64,000 bases of DNA from Candidatus Moraniibacteriota bacterium (GTDB lineage Bacteria > Patescibacteriota > Minisyncoccia > Moranbacterales > GWC2-37-73), in NCBI GenBank assembly GCA_013336225.1, contig JAAXUC010000003.1:9564-73563 (forward strand), given 5' to 3'. A program made the translations under genes and the position numbers. The notes under the pieces were generated by a model. That model saw only the letters and a program-made list of their open reading frames with translations. It did not search any database and was not told the origin of the DNA. How positions within the stretch are numbered: position 1 is the first letter of the stretch; every line of letters begins with the position of its first letter. Below, piece after piece: positions 37,529 through 45,760 of the stretch.

Positions 37529-37792
37529 TCATCTGTTCCATGGCGTTGGAGGTGACGAGGATCTTTCCAGTTCAATTTCTTCATTATTGGGTTTTCTTTT
37601 TTCTGGACGGTAAAGCATTCCGCAGACTTTTCGAGACCGCTGCCATCCTCCCAAGGGATTGTGGCTTGGGTAAAAAATATTGGAAGATTCCAGTTTTTTT
37701 GAGCGATTCATCTGCCTGATTAGTAGTGCGATAATGATTCCACCTGGAATTATTATCGCTGCACAGCAGTACAACACTTTAAGCAATTTCAT
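37529..37792 (-). CDS. Hypothetical small membrane protein
   Basis: SD aaggagaagg lies before the second ATG (MKLLKVLYCCAAIIIPGGIIIALLI…). It shares the terminator with rlmN. The ORF track start (37810) has no SD. Confidence 0.4.
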   Translation of the reverse strand: MKLLKVLYCCAAIIIPGGIIIALLIRQMNRSKKLESSNIFYPSHNPLGGWQRSRKVCGMLYRPEKRKPNNEEIELERSSSPPTPWNR

Positions 37793-37911
37793 GGTCCTTC
37801 TCCTTGGCATGGGATGTGCCTATTTAAGGCGAAATAGCGTGTAAATGAACAAATCTTAGTATAGCATAAAAAAATCACCATGTCAATAGTGATTTTTGTT
37901 TAAGCCAGGAA

Positions 37912-38307
37912 TCAATTTATGAATCCAAAGTGTTTTAAGGTTGGGATGATGTTTGGTGCAAGGCCTTCTTTTTCCAAATCTTCAAGTGGAATCCATTTCC
38001 ATTCGCGAATATCTTTGCCAGGAGAAACTTCTCCAATACGCTTGGCAAGATAATGCACGAGGATTACATCGATATCTCCATCCTCAGTTTTCTTAATTGT
38101 GTGCAATAAAAATGGAACAGGATTTGCAATTTCAATTTCAATCCCCATTTCTTCTTTAACTTTTTGTCTAGCAGTTTCGATTAGGCTCACTTCATAATTC
38201 TCCATTCTGCCACCGCAGAATTTCCAAAAAGTTGTATCTCCATGTTGATCAAGCAGGACTTTGTTGTTTTCAATAATTACTGGCCCTGACGCAATTATAA
38301 CTTTCAT
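37912..38307 (-). CDS. NUDIX hydrolase
   Basis: Nudix box GGRMENYEVSLIETARQKVKEEMGI, 131 aa. Confidence 0.75.
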   Translation of the reverse strand: MKVIIASGPVIIENNKVLLDQHGDTTFWKFCGGRMENYEVSLIETARQKVKEEMGIEIEIANPVPFLLHTIKKTEDGDIDVILVHYLAKRIGEVSPGKDIREWKWIPLEDLEKEGLAPNIIPTLKHFGFIN

Positions 38308-38406
38308 AATGATGAATATTAAATATTTAAGTTTAAGATGTATTTATACGAAATACAAAATACGAGATACAAAATACATTATACTTTCTTTATTTATATC
38401 ACGAAA

Positions 38407-40011
38407 CTATAAACTCTTCACCATATAGCTGTCGCGCAAACGATATCCACTCTTTTTGTAATAACCTCTCACGCCGATTCCTGAAATTACTACAATCTTC
38501 TTTAAACCAAATTCTTCTTTGGCAATTCTTTCAGCTTCAAGCAGAAGTTTTTTGCCAAAACCGATGTGCTGCGGAGAAGAATTGTCTTGCTTGTCTATCT
38601 GGGTCAATTTTCCATAGGTGTGAACTTCTCGAATGAGGGCTGCATTTTTAAGGACGGGCAAAAAATGCTCTTTGCTGTTGTTTGGAATTCGCAGACGCAG
38701 CAGTGCAAACAATTTTTTCTTATCGGGCGAAACGTATTGCAAGAATATTTCTTGGCCATCTGAGGCAGTATAATCAATGCGATCCAGGATCACTTTTTCT
38801 GCAGCAATAAAACCTCCTCCAACTTCGCGACAGCGAATGCAGGGACAGTTGGATTGGGGGATGATGATTTGGCGCAGATTTGAAATGGTTGGTCCAGCGA
38901 CAATGGATTGAGTTGGAACGTCGCGAATGAGGCGGGCGATGCGGACGTAGGGCACGATAGCTTCATTCTTTATCTTCACTACCAGCTTCTCAAAGGTCTT
39001 ATTTGTCAGTGGGACGTATTTTCCTTGTTTCCACGTCTGGTAGAGCACACTGTTTTTTAAAACGACTGTAGGGTATATTTTGAGCATGTCAGGCTGAAAT
39101 TCAGGGCCTTTAAAAAGGGCTTGAAACATCTTGAAATCGCGCGCAGGGGTTGATCCTGGCAATCCTGGCATCATGTGATAGTTGATCTTGAAACCAGCAT
39201 CCTTGAGCAGCTTGGTGGCTCGGATAGTTTCAGCGACCAGATGCCCGCGCTTGTTCAATTCGAGCACATCGTCATAGAGGCTTTGCACGCCAAGTTCAAC
39301 TCGCGTGCAGCCCAAATTCCTGAAATTAATGATTTCTTTCTCATCGATATAATCTGGACGTGTTTCCAGGGTGAGTCCAATAATTCGGTGCTCTGCAGTT
39401 TCATTTTTCTTCTGTTCAAATGCCAATTTTTCCTGCGGAGACTTGATAAACTTTGCAACTTGATGGACTTTATGAACTTTTCCGTATTCGTTTGCTGCCT
39501 GAAAACAACGGGTGATGAATTTTTTTTGATAGGCTTTTGGCAAGAATGAAAAAGTTCCACCCATTACAATGAGTTCGATTTTGTCAGTTTTGTGTCCATT
39601 GATTTCCAATGAACGCAAACGATTTTGCATTTGCAAATATGGATCAAAATGTGAGTCGATCGCGCGCATCACCGCAGGCTCATTGGAAAGATAGCTTTTG
39701 GGCATATCTTTTTCACTGGGACAATAGATGCATTCTCCTGGACATGGATATGATTTGGTGAGCACTGCCACCACGGCCACGCCAGATTGAGTTCGAATGG
39801 CGCGACTAAGTAGGATTGCCTCAAAAGCTTTATTAGAAGCAACTTTCTTTTCTTTGACGAGCATATTATAGCGATCGCGCATGTCAGCATTGGTGGGAAG
39901 TGGAAGTTTATACTGCTTTGAAAGTTTTTTCTTGAGCTTTGAAAACTCTTCCTGGGTTTTAGGAAGCTCCGCAATTGCGCTTATTATATATTTATCGTAA
40001 AGTGAGTTCAT
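38407..40011 (-). CDS. elp3: Elp3-like radical-SAM / GNAT acetyltransferase (bacterial elongator protein 3 homolog; tRNA U34 carboxymethyl-uridine synthase-like)
   Basis: Radical-SAM CxxxxCxxC (SYPCPGECIYCPS) and a C-terminal GNAT (…GFGKKLLLEAERIAKEEFGLKKIVVISGIGVRGYYKKSGY). The ORF is open to 40074, but the first 21 codons are translated from the family-X repeat, so I prefer ATG 40011. Confidence 0.75.
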   Translation of the reverse strand: MNSLYDKYIISAIAELPKTQEEFSKLKKKLSKQYKLPLPTNADMRDRYNMLVKEKKVASNKAFEAILLSRAIRTQSGVAVVAVLTKSYPCPGECIYCPSEKDMPKSYLSNEPAVMRAIDSHFDPYLQMQNRLRSLEINGHKTDKIELIVMGGTFSFLPKAYQKKFITRCFQAANEYGKVHKVHQVAKFIKSPQEKLAFEQKKNETAEHRIIGLTLETRPDYIDEKEIINFRNLGCTRVELGVQSLYDDVLELNKRGHLVAETIRATKLLKDAGFKINYHMMPGLPGSTPARDFKMFQALFKGPEFQPDMLKIYPTVVLKNSVLYQTWKQGKYVPLTNKTFEKLVVKIKNEAIVPYVRIARLIRDVPTQSIVAGPTISNLRQIIIPQSNCPCIRCREVGGGFIAAEKVILDRIDYTASDGQEIFLQYVSPDKKKLFALLRLRIPNNSKEHFLPVLKNAALIREVHTYGKLTQIDKQDNSSPQHIGFGKKLLLEAERIAKEEFGLKKIVVISGIGVRGYYKKSGYRLRDSYMVKSL

Positions 40012-40019
40012 AGTATTTT

Positions 40020-40078
40020 TGTGGGAAAATTTTGAATTTCGAATAAAATCTGAATGATTTAATATTTGAAGCATTAAT
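40020..40078. repeat. Degenerate copy of the AT-rich palindromic element, family X
   Basis: ttttgaatttcgaataaaatctgaatgatttaatatttgaagcattaatacatt resembles 14503..14560 and 61488..61550. Confidence 0.45.
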
Positions 40079-40159
40079 ACATTATAAATTTAATCAAAAT
40101 TTTTGCTTCAAGCTTATCCCTTGGGGATAAAATTAAAAATTGGAAATTAGAGTTAATTT

Positions 40160-40918
40160 ATGAATCAGAAAACTGCAAATAAAATACTGTTAGAAACTGA
40201 GCAAGGTTATGATGATATTTCACAAAAATTCTCGCAGACGAGAAAGCATTTTTGGCGCGAGCTGGAATCTATAAAAGATTTTTGCGTCGAAAATGACAAG
40301 GTGTTGGATTTTGGCTGTGGTAATGGTCGGCTGCTGGATTTGCTTGCAGAAAAAAAAATCAATTATTGGGGCGTGGATGTTTCTGAAAAGCTGGTTGAAA
40401 TCGCCAAAGATAGGCATCAAAAGGACAATGTTGTTTTTGGAAAAATCAACCCCAGTCAAACAAGTCTAGCATTTGAAGCGGGATTTTTCAATACCATTTA
40501 TAGTATTGCTGTTTTTCATCATTTTCCTTCTGAAAAATATCGCCAAGAGGTGGCAAGTGAACTTTTTGAAAAAACAAAAAGTGGAGGGCGCGTGGTGATC
40601 ACGGTTTGGTATCTTTGGCAGAAAAAATATTTCAAAAATATTTTGCAAAATTGGAAAACTAAATTTTTTGAAACATTTATTTGCATGTCCAGCTTTCGTA
40701 GTGCTGGTTCACGACACGATAGTGGAGCGAAGAACTTGGATTGGAATGATTGCATGATTTCTTTTACGGATAATGAGGGAAGAAAATTTCAGCGCTTCCA
40801 CCATGCCTTCACTAAAAGGGAGTTGAAAAAACTTTTCAAAAATGCAGGTTTTGAAATCGAGAAATGTGAAATTGTTGAAGGGAGAAATATCATGCTGGTG
40901 GGCAAGAAAAAAGAATAA
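40160..40918 (+). CDS. Trm9/ALKBH8-like class I SAM-dependent methyltransferase (putative tRNA wobble-uridine methyltransferase)
   Basis: Motif I VLDFGCGNGRLL. Blocks YSIAVFHHFPSEKYRQEVASEL, RVVITVWYLWQ and RFHHAFTKRELKKL parallel yeast Trm9 (ISIAVVHHWSTRERR…, ALIYCWALEQ, RYYHLYREGEL). It is divergent from the Elp3 gene. Confidence 0.65.
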   Translation: MNQKTANKILLETEQGYDDISQKFSQTRKHFWRELESIKDFCVENDKVLDFGCGNGRLLDLLAEKKINYWGVDVSEKLVEIAKDRHQKDNVVFGKINPSQTSLAFEAGFFNTIYSIAVFHHFPSEKYRQEVASELFEKTKSGGRVVITVWYLWQKKYFKNILQNWKTKFFETFICMSSFRSAGSRHDSGAKNLDWNDCMISFTDNEGRKFQRFHHAFTKRELKKLFKNAGFEIEKCEIVEGRNIMLVGKKKE

Positions 40919-40966
40919 GACTATTGTCTTATCCTTTTGTGTTTTTTTAACATTGTTTTCCTTTTG

Positions 40967-41284
40967 TTAAATGAGTGGTGTGGAATTTTTTCCTAGGAGT
41001 ATTGCGGCTTTGCGAATTCCGCATTGCAACTTTTCAAACAAGGTTTTTGCATGAACATTTCGCAAGGCGCGGGGAATAAAATTTCTAAGTGCTGCTCTTT
41101 GCGGTTCACGCAGGGAATCGGTACAGGCGAAATTCAAAATTTTGTGATGAACATTCCCACAGAGGCATCTCACGATCAAAGTGTGCTTGAGTCGATTGAA
41201 TGGTTCAATATGAGCGTTGTCATCCGTGAGTAAAATCTTCTGGTTGGTTTGTGGGCAAACAATGGTAATGTTTGAATTCAACAT
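40967..41284 (-). CDS. Hypothetical small Cys-containing protein
   Basis: A strong SD (aaaaaggaggtggaaaATG) lies upstream. 105 aa, MLNSNITIVCPQTNQ…, family unknown. Confidence 0.5.
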   Translation of the reverse strand: MLNSNITIVCPQTNQKILLTDDNAHIEPFNRLKHTLIVRCLCGNVHHKILNFACTDSLREPQRAALRNFIPRALRNVHAKTLFEKLQCGIRKAAILLGKNSTPLI

Positions 41285-41308
41285 TTTCCACCTCCTTTTT
41301 CATGGATA

Positions 41309-41548
41309 TTAATCATTTATTAAAACTCGCGTGACCACTTTCTGGGATATTTTTTCCAAATCTTCCTTTGTTTGGTGGGCTGGTTTTTGTGGGAATAGTT
41401 CATGTCTTTTTTGCCAGAGAGACCAGAAGAGGATCGCGGCACATAAAATGAAGAAAAAGAGAAGCAGGCTGCCAAGCATTCGCATTAGTTGACTTGTGTT
41501 TTCAAAGATCTGAATCGTGCTTAGTGCAGCTTGCGTAGTATCTTGCAT
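41309..41548 (-). CDS. Hypothetical small membrane protein
   Basis: SD aaaaggagg upstream, one TM (LLLFFFILCAAILFWSLW), 79 aa. It is co-directional with the downstream 105-aa gene. Confidence 0.5.
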   Translation of the reverse strand: MQDTTQAALSTIQIFENTSQLMRMLGSLLLFFFILCAAILFWSLWQKRHELFPQKPAHQTKEDLEKISQKVVTRVLIND

Positions 41549-41659
41549 GGTCTGTTTCCTCCTTTTGATTTTTCCTTAAATTAACAGTATACTTTGATTA
41601 AGTCAATGAATTGTTTTCGGCAAACGCGTGAGTATTGAATTAGTAAATAAAAACAATAT

Positions 41660-42472
41660 ATGACAATTTTTCAAGCAATTTTCTTGGGAGTCTTGCAGGG
41701 GTTGGGGGAATTTTTGCCAATCTCATCCACGGCACATTTGATTTTGCTGCCCTGGTTTTTTGGTTGGGATGATCCTGGCCTTTCTTTTGATGTGGCTTTG
41801 CATGTCGGAACTTTGGTTGCAGTGGTGGCATTTTTTTGGCGCGACTGGCTTACTATTTTTCAGCTTTCGCTTCAAAAAATTTCAAATTTCAAATTTCAAA
41901 TTTCAAATTCTGAGGCGTACCCGCCTCAGTTGCTCTGGCTCTTGGTTATTGCCTCGGTGCCTGGGGCAATTTTTGGATTCATGCTGGACAATAAAGCGGA
42001 GGAAGCTTTTCGTAGTCCATTGCTGGTTGCATTTACACTTAGTGTGGTTGGTCTCGTTTTGTTTTTGGTTGATAAATATGCCATACATCGCAAGGAAATT
42101 GGAGCCATCACCAAAAAGGATGCACTTTTGATTGGTTTGTCACAAGCAATTGCCATTATTCCAGGCGTGTCACGTTCTGGCGCAACCATGACAACTGGAC
42201 TTTTCTTAGGTTTGTCGCGCGAGCAAGCCGCGCGTTTTTCTTTCTTGCTTTCTACCCCGATCATTTTTGGGGCAGCGATAGTGAAAGTACCTCAGCTATT
42301 CAGGGCTGGAATTACCATGCCGCTATTGTTTGGAATCCTGGCTGCCGCCATCAGTGGCTATTTCGCCATTAAATATATGTTGAAATTTATTGCGAAAGTT
42401 GGATACGCACCTTTCTTTTACTACAGAATTGTTTTGGCTGGCTTAATTGTATTGGTGTATTTCATGAAATAA
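41660..42472 (+). CDS. uppP: Undecaprenyl-diphosphatase (BacA/UppP)
   Basis: GEFLPISSTAHLIL signature, 270 aa. It contains an in-frame heptanucleotide repeat tract (41875..41910). Confidence 0.85.
   Translation: MTIFQAIFLGVLQGLGEFLPISSTAHLILLPWFFGWDDPGLSFDVALHVGTLVAVVAFFWRDWLTIFQLSLQKISNFKFQISNSEAYPPQLLWLLVIASVPGAIFGFMLDNKAEEAFRSPLLVAFTLSVVGLVLFLVDKYAIHRKEIGAITKKDALLIGLSQAIAIIPGVSRSGATMTTGLFLGLSREQAARFSFLLSTPIIFGAAIVKVPQLFRAGITMPLLFGILAAAISGYFAIKYMLKFIAKVGYAPFFYYRIVLAGLIVLVYFMK
41875..41910 (+). repeat. Tandem 7-bp repeat (aaatttc x ~4.5) inside the uppP coding sequence
   Basis: aaaaaatttcaaatttcaaatttcaaatttcaaattc encodes KISNFKFQISN. The unit length is not a multiple of 3. Confidence 0.8.
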
Positions 42473-42487
42473 ATAAGGACGGTGATA

Positions 42488-42516
42488 TTTGACAAAAAAA
42501 GTATTTATGGTATTAT
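42488..42516 (+). promoter_or_regulatory. Putative sigma70 promoter (TTGACA–17–ATTATA) for the DUF2892/csoR-like/trxB cluster
   Basis: ttgacaaaaaaagtatttatggtattata, ~75 bp upstream of ATG 42589. Confidence 0.45.
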
Positions 42517-42588
42517 ACCCCCAGAGGGTATGTGTCAAGATTCAAGATCTAAAATCCAAATTACAAAATAAATTTTAATTTTAAAAAT

Positions 42589-42795
42589 ATGAAAAATGTT
42601 GGAATATGGGATGGCCTGATTCGTTTTATTGCAGCGTTGGCCTTTATGGCTGTGGGTAGCTTTTATGTTGACGGATATTTTCGGCTGGCACTATATGTAT
42701 TAAGCTTGGCAATGGTCGTATCTTCAACTTCCGGCTCATGCTTGGCATATAGGTTTTTAAATATTGATACTAGAGGAGAAAAGAGTAAATCCTAA
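42589..42795 (+). CDS. DUF2892 (YgaP-C-like) small inner-membrane protein
   Basis: GIWDGLIRFIAALAFMAVG… two TM segments, with the conserved Gly/Cys pattern of DUF2892. 68 aa. Confidence 0.6.
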   Translation: MKNVGIWDGLIRFIAALAFMAVGSFYVDGYFRLALYVLSLAMVVSSTSGSCLAYRFLNIDTRGEKSKS

Positions 42796-42804
42796 GATAT
42801 AAAT

Positions 42805-43059
42805 ATGGCTAAAGATTTAAAAAAAACCACGGAAAAAATTGTGAACAGAATTTCTCGCATCGAAGGTCAGATGAGAGGACTTCGTTTGATGGTGGAGGAA
42901 AAAAAGGAATGCAGTCAGATCATCAATCAAGTGCTGGCAGTCAGGGAAGCTGTGGCATCATTGGGAGCTGAGATCTTGCAGGAAAGTTTGGTTTGCAGAA
43001 TTTCCGAGAAAAAGAAACTGGATGAAAAACAAATCAGAGCACTTATTAAAATGCAGTAA
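42805..43059 (+). CDS. CsoR/RcnR/CstR-family (DUF156) metal- or thiol-sensing transcriptional repressor
   Basis: NRISRIEGQMRGLRLMVEEKKECSQIINQVLAVREAVASL…LVCRI. The two Cys are ~28 residues apart. The Y-position His of Cu-sensing CsoR is Glu here. Confidence 0.75.
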   Translation: MAKDLKKTTEKIVNRISRIEGQMRGLRLMVEEKKECSQIINQVLAVREAVASLGAEILQESLVCRISEKKKLDEKQIRALIKMQ

Positions 43060-43087
43060 CATTTTCAGATAAATTTATTATTATTAA

Positions 43088-43148
43088 ATTAACGAATTAT
43101 GAATTAACGAATTCTAAATCCGTTAATCCGTTAATGCGTTAATAAGTA
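43088..43148. repeat. AT-rich palindromic element of the (c)cgttaat repeat family
   Basis: aattaacgaatt…aatccgttaatccgttaatgcgttaat. A related tract is at 52322..52360 (gttaatgcgttaattcgttaat). Confidence 0.55.
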
Positions 43149-43150
43149 AT

Positions 43151-44074
43151 TTGGCAATTATGATTTACGATCTTGCGATTATCGGCGCTGGTCCTGCTGG
43201 ACTTTCTGCTTCAGTGTATGCTTCACGCTATGGCATTAAAAATGTTGTTATTGGTGGCGTGGCTGGGGGGCTAACCACTCAAACTCATGAAATTGGCAAT
43301 TGGCTTGGGACACAAAAAATCAAAGGCTATGAATTTGCTATGGCTTCTAGTGAGCACGTTAAAAGTTATGGCACTGAAATAATCACAACTCTTGTTGATG
43401 AAATAAGGAAAGGCGACAAAGTTTTCACTTTAATGTTGAGCGATGGAAAAAAGATAGAAGCGAAAACTGTCTTGCTTGCGATGGGGACCAAGCACAGACA
43501 TCTTGGAGTGCCTGGCGAAAAAGAATTTGCAGGCAAGGGTGTTTCATATTGCGCAACTTGCGACGGATTTTTTTATCGCGGCAAGACGGTGGCAGTGGTT
43601 GGCGGCAATGATAGCGCAGCAGGAGCAGCAGTTTTTTTGGGGGATATTGCTGAGAAGGTGTATATGATTTATCGCGGAGAAAAATTGCGCTGCGAATCTT
43701 TTTGGGGGGAAGCAATTGCCAAGAATCCCAAAATTGAAAGTGTCTTCATGACCAACATTAAAGAAATCAGGGGGAACGAAAAAGTGGAAGAGCTGCTTTT
43801 GGACGCACCATATCAAGGAAACGATGTTTTGAAAGTGGATGGAGTTTTTGCAGAAATTGGCTCAGTGCCAGTGACTGATCTCGTTAAAGGCTTAGACATT
43901 GAAATTGATCAAGAAGGATATATTAAAATTGATCCCACTGGGAGAACTGGCGAAAAAGGAATTTGGGCAGCGGGGGATATCACGAATGGCTCAGATCAAT
44001 TCAAGCAAATCGTCACTGCCGCTTCAGAGGGTGCAATTGCCGCACATAGCATTCAGAAATATTTAAAAAAATAG
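43151..44074 (+). CDS. trxB: Thioredoxin reductase
   Basis: FAD motif IIGAGPAGLSASVYASRYG, redox-active CATCDG, NADPH motif GGNDSAAGAA. Confidence 0.88.
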   Translation: MAIMIYDLAIIGAGPAGLSASVYASRYGIKNVVIGGVAGGLTTQTHEIGNWLGTQKIKGYEFAMASSEHVKSYGTEIITTLVDEIRKGDKVFTLMLSDGKKIEAKTVLLAMGTKHRHLGVPGEKEFAGKGVSYCATCDGFFYRGKTVAVVGGNDSAAGAAVFLGDIAEKVYMIYRGEKLRCESFWGEAIAKNPKIESVFMTNIKEIRGNEKVEELLLDAPYQGNDVLKVDGVFAEIGSVPVTDLVKGLDIEIDQEGYIKIDPTGRTGEKGIWAAGDITNGSDQFKQIVTAASEGAIAAHSIQKYLKK

Positions 44075-44087
44075 TTTCTAGATATTT

Positions 44088-44128
44088 TTAGAGCCCGACG
44101 AATTTTTTCGTCGGGCTCTGTTTTTTTG
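44088..44128. terminator. Bidirectional rho-independent terminator
   Basis: agagcccgacgaattttttcgtcgggctctgttttttt, between convergent genes. Confidence 0.75.
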
Positions 44129-44134
44129 CTGTTA

Positions 44135-44413
44135 TTATGAGTCTGATATTATTCCAGGAAATGCAAGTTCTGGATGTGGATTGCCTGGCCTCTGGCGTTT
44201 CCATGCTCGAACTTCTTCTGGAGTTGTTGGAAGATCTGCAAAATTATTTTTTGCAGCAATGACTTCTGCCATGTTGCGTGGACCAATTGCTTCATCAGCC
44301 TCTCTGCGGATTATCGCCGCTGATAATTGCGTTGCAATGGATGCGGACAAATGAAGTTTTTTTTCGTCATTTTTCATGATTACACCGTCCAGTGTTGTAG
44401 TTTTTTCTAACAT
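44135..44413 (-). CDS. Hypothetical protein (92 aa)
   Basis: It ends at the bidirectional terminator. It has no SD, but it is preceded by a 21-codon ORF carrying a strong SD (aaaaaggaggtggaagtaaaaATG at ~44479-). Confidence 0.4.
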   Translation of the reverse strand: MLEKTTTLDGVIMKNDEKKLHLSASIATQLSAAIIRREADEAIGPRNMAEVIAAKNNFADLPTTPEEVRAWKRQRPGNPHPELAFPGIISDS

Positions 44414-44667
44414 TTCCAGTAGTTAAAACATGATTCCCAAACATCTTCCTGTCTGATTTTTAAAGAATTTTGGTGCTTGTATTAACATTTTTACTTCCAC
44501 CTCCTTTTTGTTAGATTGTTAAATTAATAATTTCATATCTACATAGTAGTCTCCTGGCGTCTAATGTCAAATAGTAGAGGTTTCCTTGATAATGGTTTGA
44601 CAAAATCATGCAAAGTGCAAGAATAATTGCATGGAGTAGTTATTTTAATAAAAAAAGGAGGATTATT

Positions 44668-45474
44668 ATGTCTGCAGCGAGATCACTCTCAGTACATAAA
44701 AAGCCATACAAATCAGATTTTCTATGTGAAGTTCTGGTTGTAATTTTTGGCGGACGTCGATCTGTCTCTGAAAACGAAGGCTATTTTTCTTTGCATGTCT
44801 TTGCTGAGCAAAATAAATGGTCCAAAAGGAGGTGCTCTGAAATCATGGAATATCTCTTGAAACGTAAATTTTTCAGAGTATCTGGTGAAAGATTGATTGT
44901 TGCTCAAGCAAAACTGCAATCACTAAATGAACATAGAAAAAATGTTGCTGATTTTAAATCAGAGAGGGTTGAATTAAAAATTTCCAAGGCACGCAAAATT
45001 GATAAGAAGAAAGCAAAATCCCTTGCTGCCAAAGTTGTTTTCGATGAGAATGTTGCGATGATTCTCGTGACCATATTTGGAGAAGACCTCAAGGCTGGCT
45101 TTTCTAATGCCTCAATGCAAACTTGGACTTTTGACCTTATGTGCAGCTTTTGGCATCATGTTAAATGCTGTGTCAATCAACACAGTAGGCAGCCAACGCA
45201 AAAGCAAGTATCTAATTTTATTGAAAAAATGAAAAAAGTTGGACTTATTGAGGAACGAGTTGAGAATCAGAAAACATTTGTCTGTTTGACGCAAAAAGGA
45301 GCTGTTTATTGTGGCTTACAAGCTGATGATTGTAAGGTAAATAAACTCAGTAAACATGATAAATTCTCGAGACAACTTGATATTATCAAGGGTGATGTTT
45401 GTAGTGGTGTGAATGGCTTGCGTTCTTTGAAAAAACAAGTTAAGCGCCTATCTGAATGTGGTGTGCTTGATTAA
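44668..45474 (+). CDS. Hypothetical protein with an internally duplicated winged-helix-like domain
   Basis: SD aaaaaggagg lies before ATG 44668. The internal repeat is VLVVIFGG…/ILVTIFGE…. A putative wHTH is KQVSNFIEKMKKVGLIEERVENQKTFVCLTQKG. Confidence 0.5.
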   Translation: MSAARSLSVHKKPYKSDFLCEVLVVIFGGRRSVSENEGYFSLHVFAEQNKWSKRRCSEIMEYLLKRKFFRVSGERLIVAQAKLQSLNEHRKNVADFKSERVELKISKARKIDKKKAKSLAAKVVFDENVAMILVTIFGEDLKAGFSNASMQTWTFDLMCSFWHHVKCCVNQHSRQPTQKQVSNFIEKMKKVGLIEERVENQKTFVCLTQKGAVYCGLQADDCKVNKLSKHDKFSRQLDIIKGDVCSGVNGLRSLKKQVKRLSECGVLD

Positions 45475-45502
45475 TGCAATAAAGTTGTGAGACATCCCTA
45501 TA

Positions 45503-45568
45503 GCCCCGAAAAGAAGTAATTTCTTTCGGGGCTTTTGATAACAAAAAATCCCCAGAGGGATTTTTTGT
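45503..45568. terminator. Two adjacent rho-independent terminator hairpins (bidirectional)
   Basis: agccccgaaaagaagtaatttctttcggggctttt and aaaaaatccccagagggatttttt. Confidence 0.7.
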
Positions 45569-45576
45569 TATGAATG

Positions 45577-45650
45577 TGGGCTTATCAAGATTCGAACTTG
45601 AGACCTCGTCATTATCAGTGACGCGCTCTAACCAGCTGAGCTATAAGCCC
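45577..45650 (-). tRNA. tRNA-Ile (anticodon GAU)
   Basis: The reverse complement folds as a cloverleaf: GGGCTTA-TA-GCTCAGCTGGTTAGAGC-G-CGTCA-CTGATAA-TGACG-AGGTC-TCAAGTTCGAATCTTGA-TAAGCCC-A. CCA is not encoded. Confidence 0.85.
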
Positions 45651-45666
45651 ATATTTTTACTTAATA

Positions 45667-45739
45667 TGGATCTTGTGGACCGGACAGGACTTGAACCCGC
45701 TACCTCCTCAGTGCAAGTGAGGCGCTCTACCAGGTGAGC
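45667..45739 (-). tRNA. tRNA-Ala (anticodon UGC)
   Basis: GGGCCGG…CCTCA-CTTGCAC-TGAGG…CCGGTCC-A. It has the G3:U70 alanine identity pair. Confidence 0.85.
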
Positions 45740-45760
45740 TACCGGCCCATATTATGCTTT

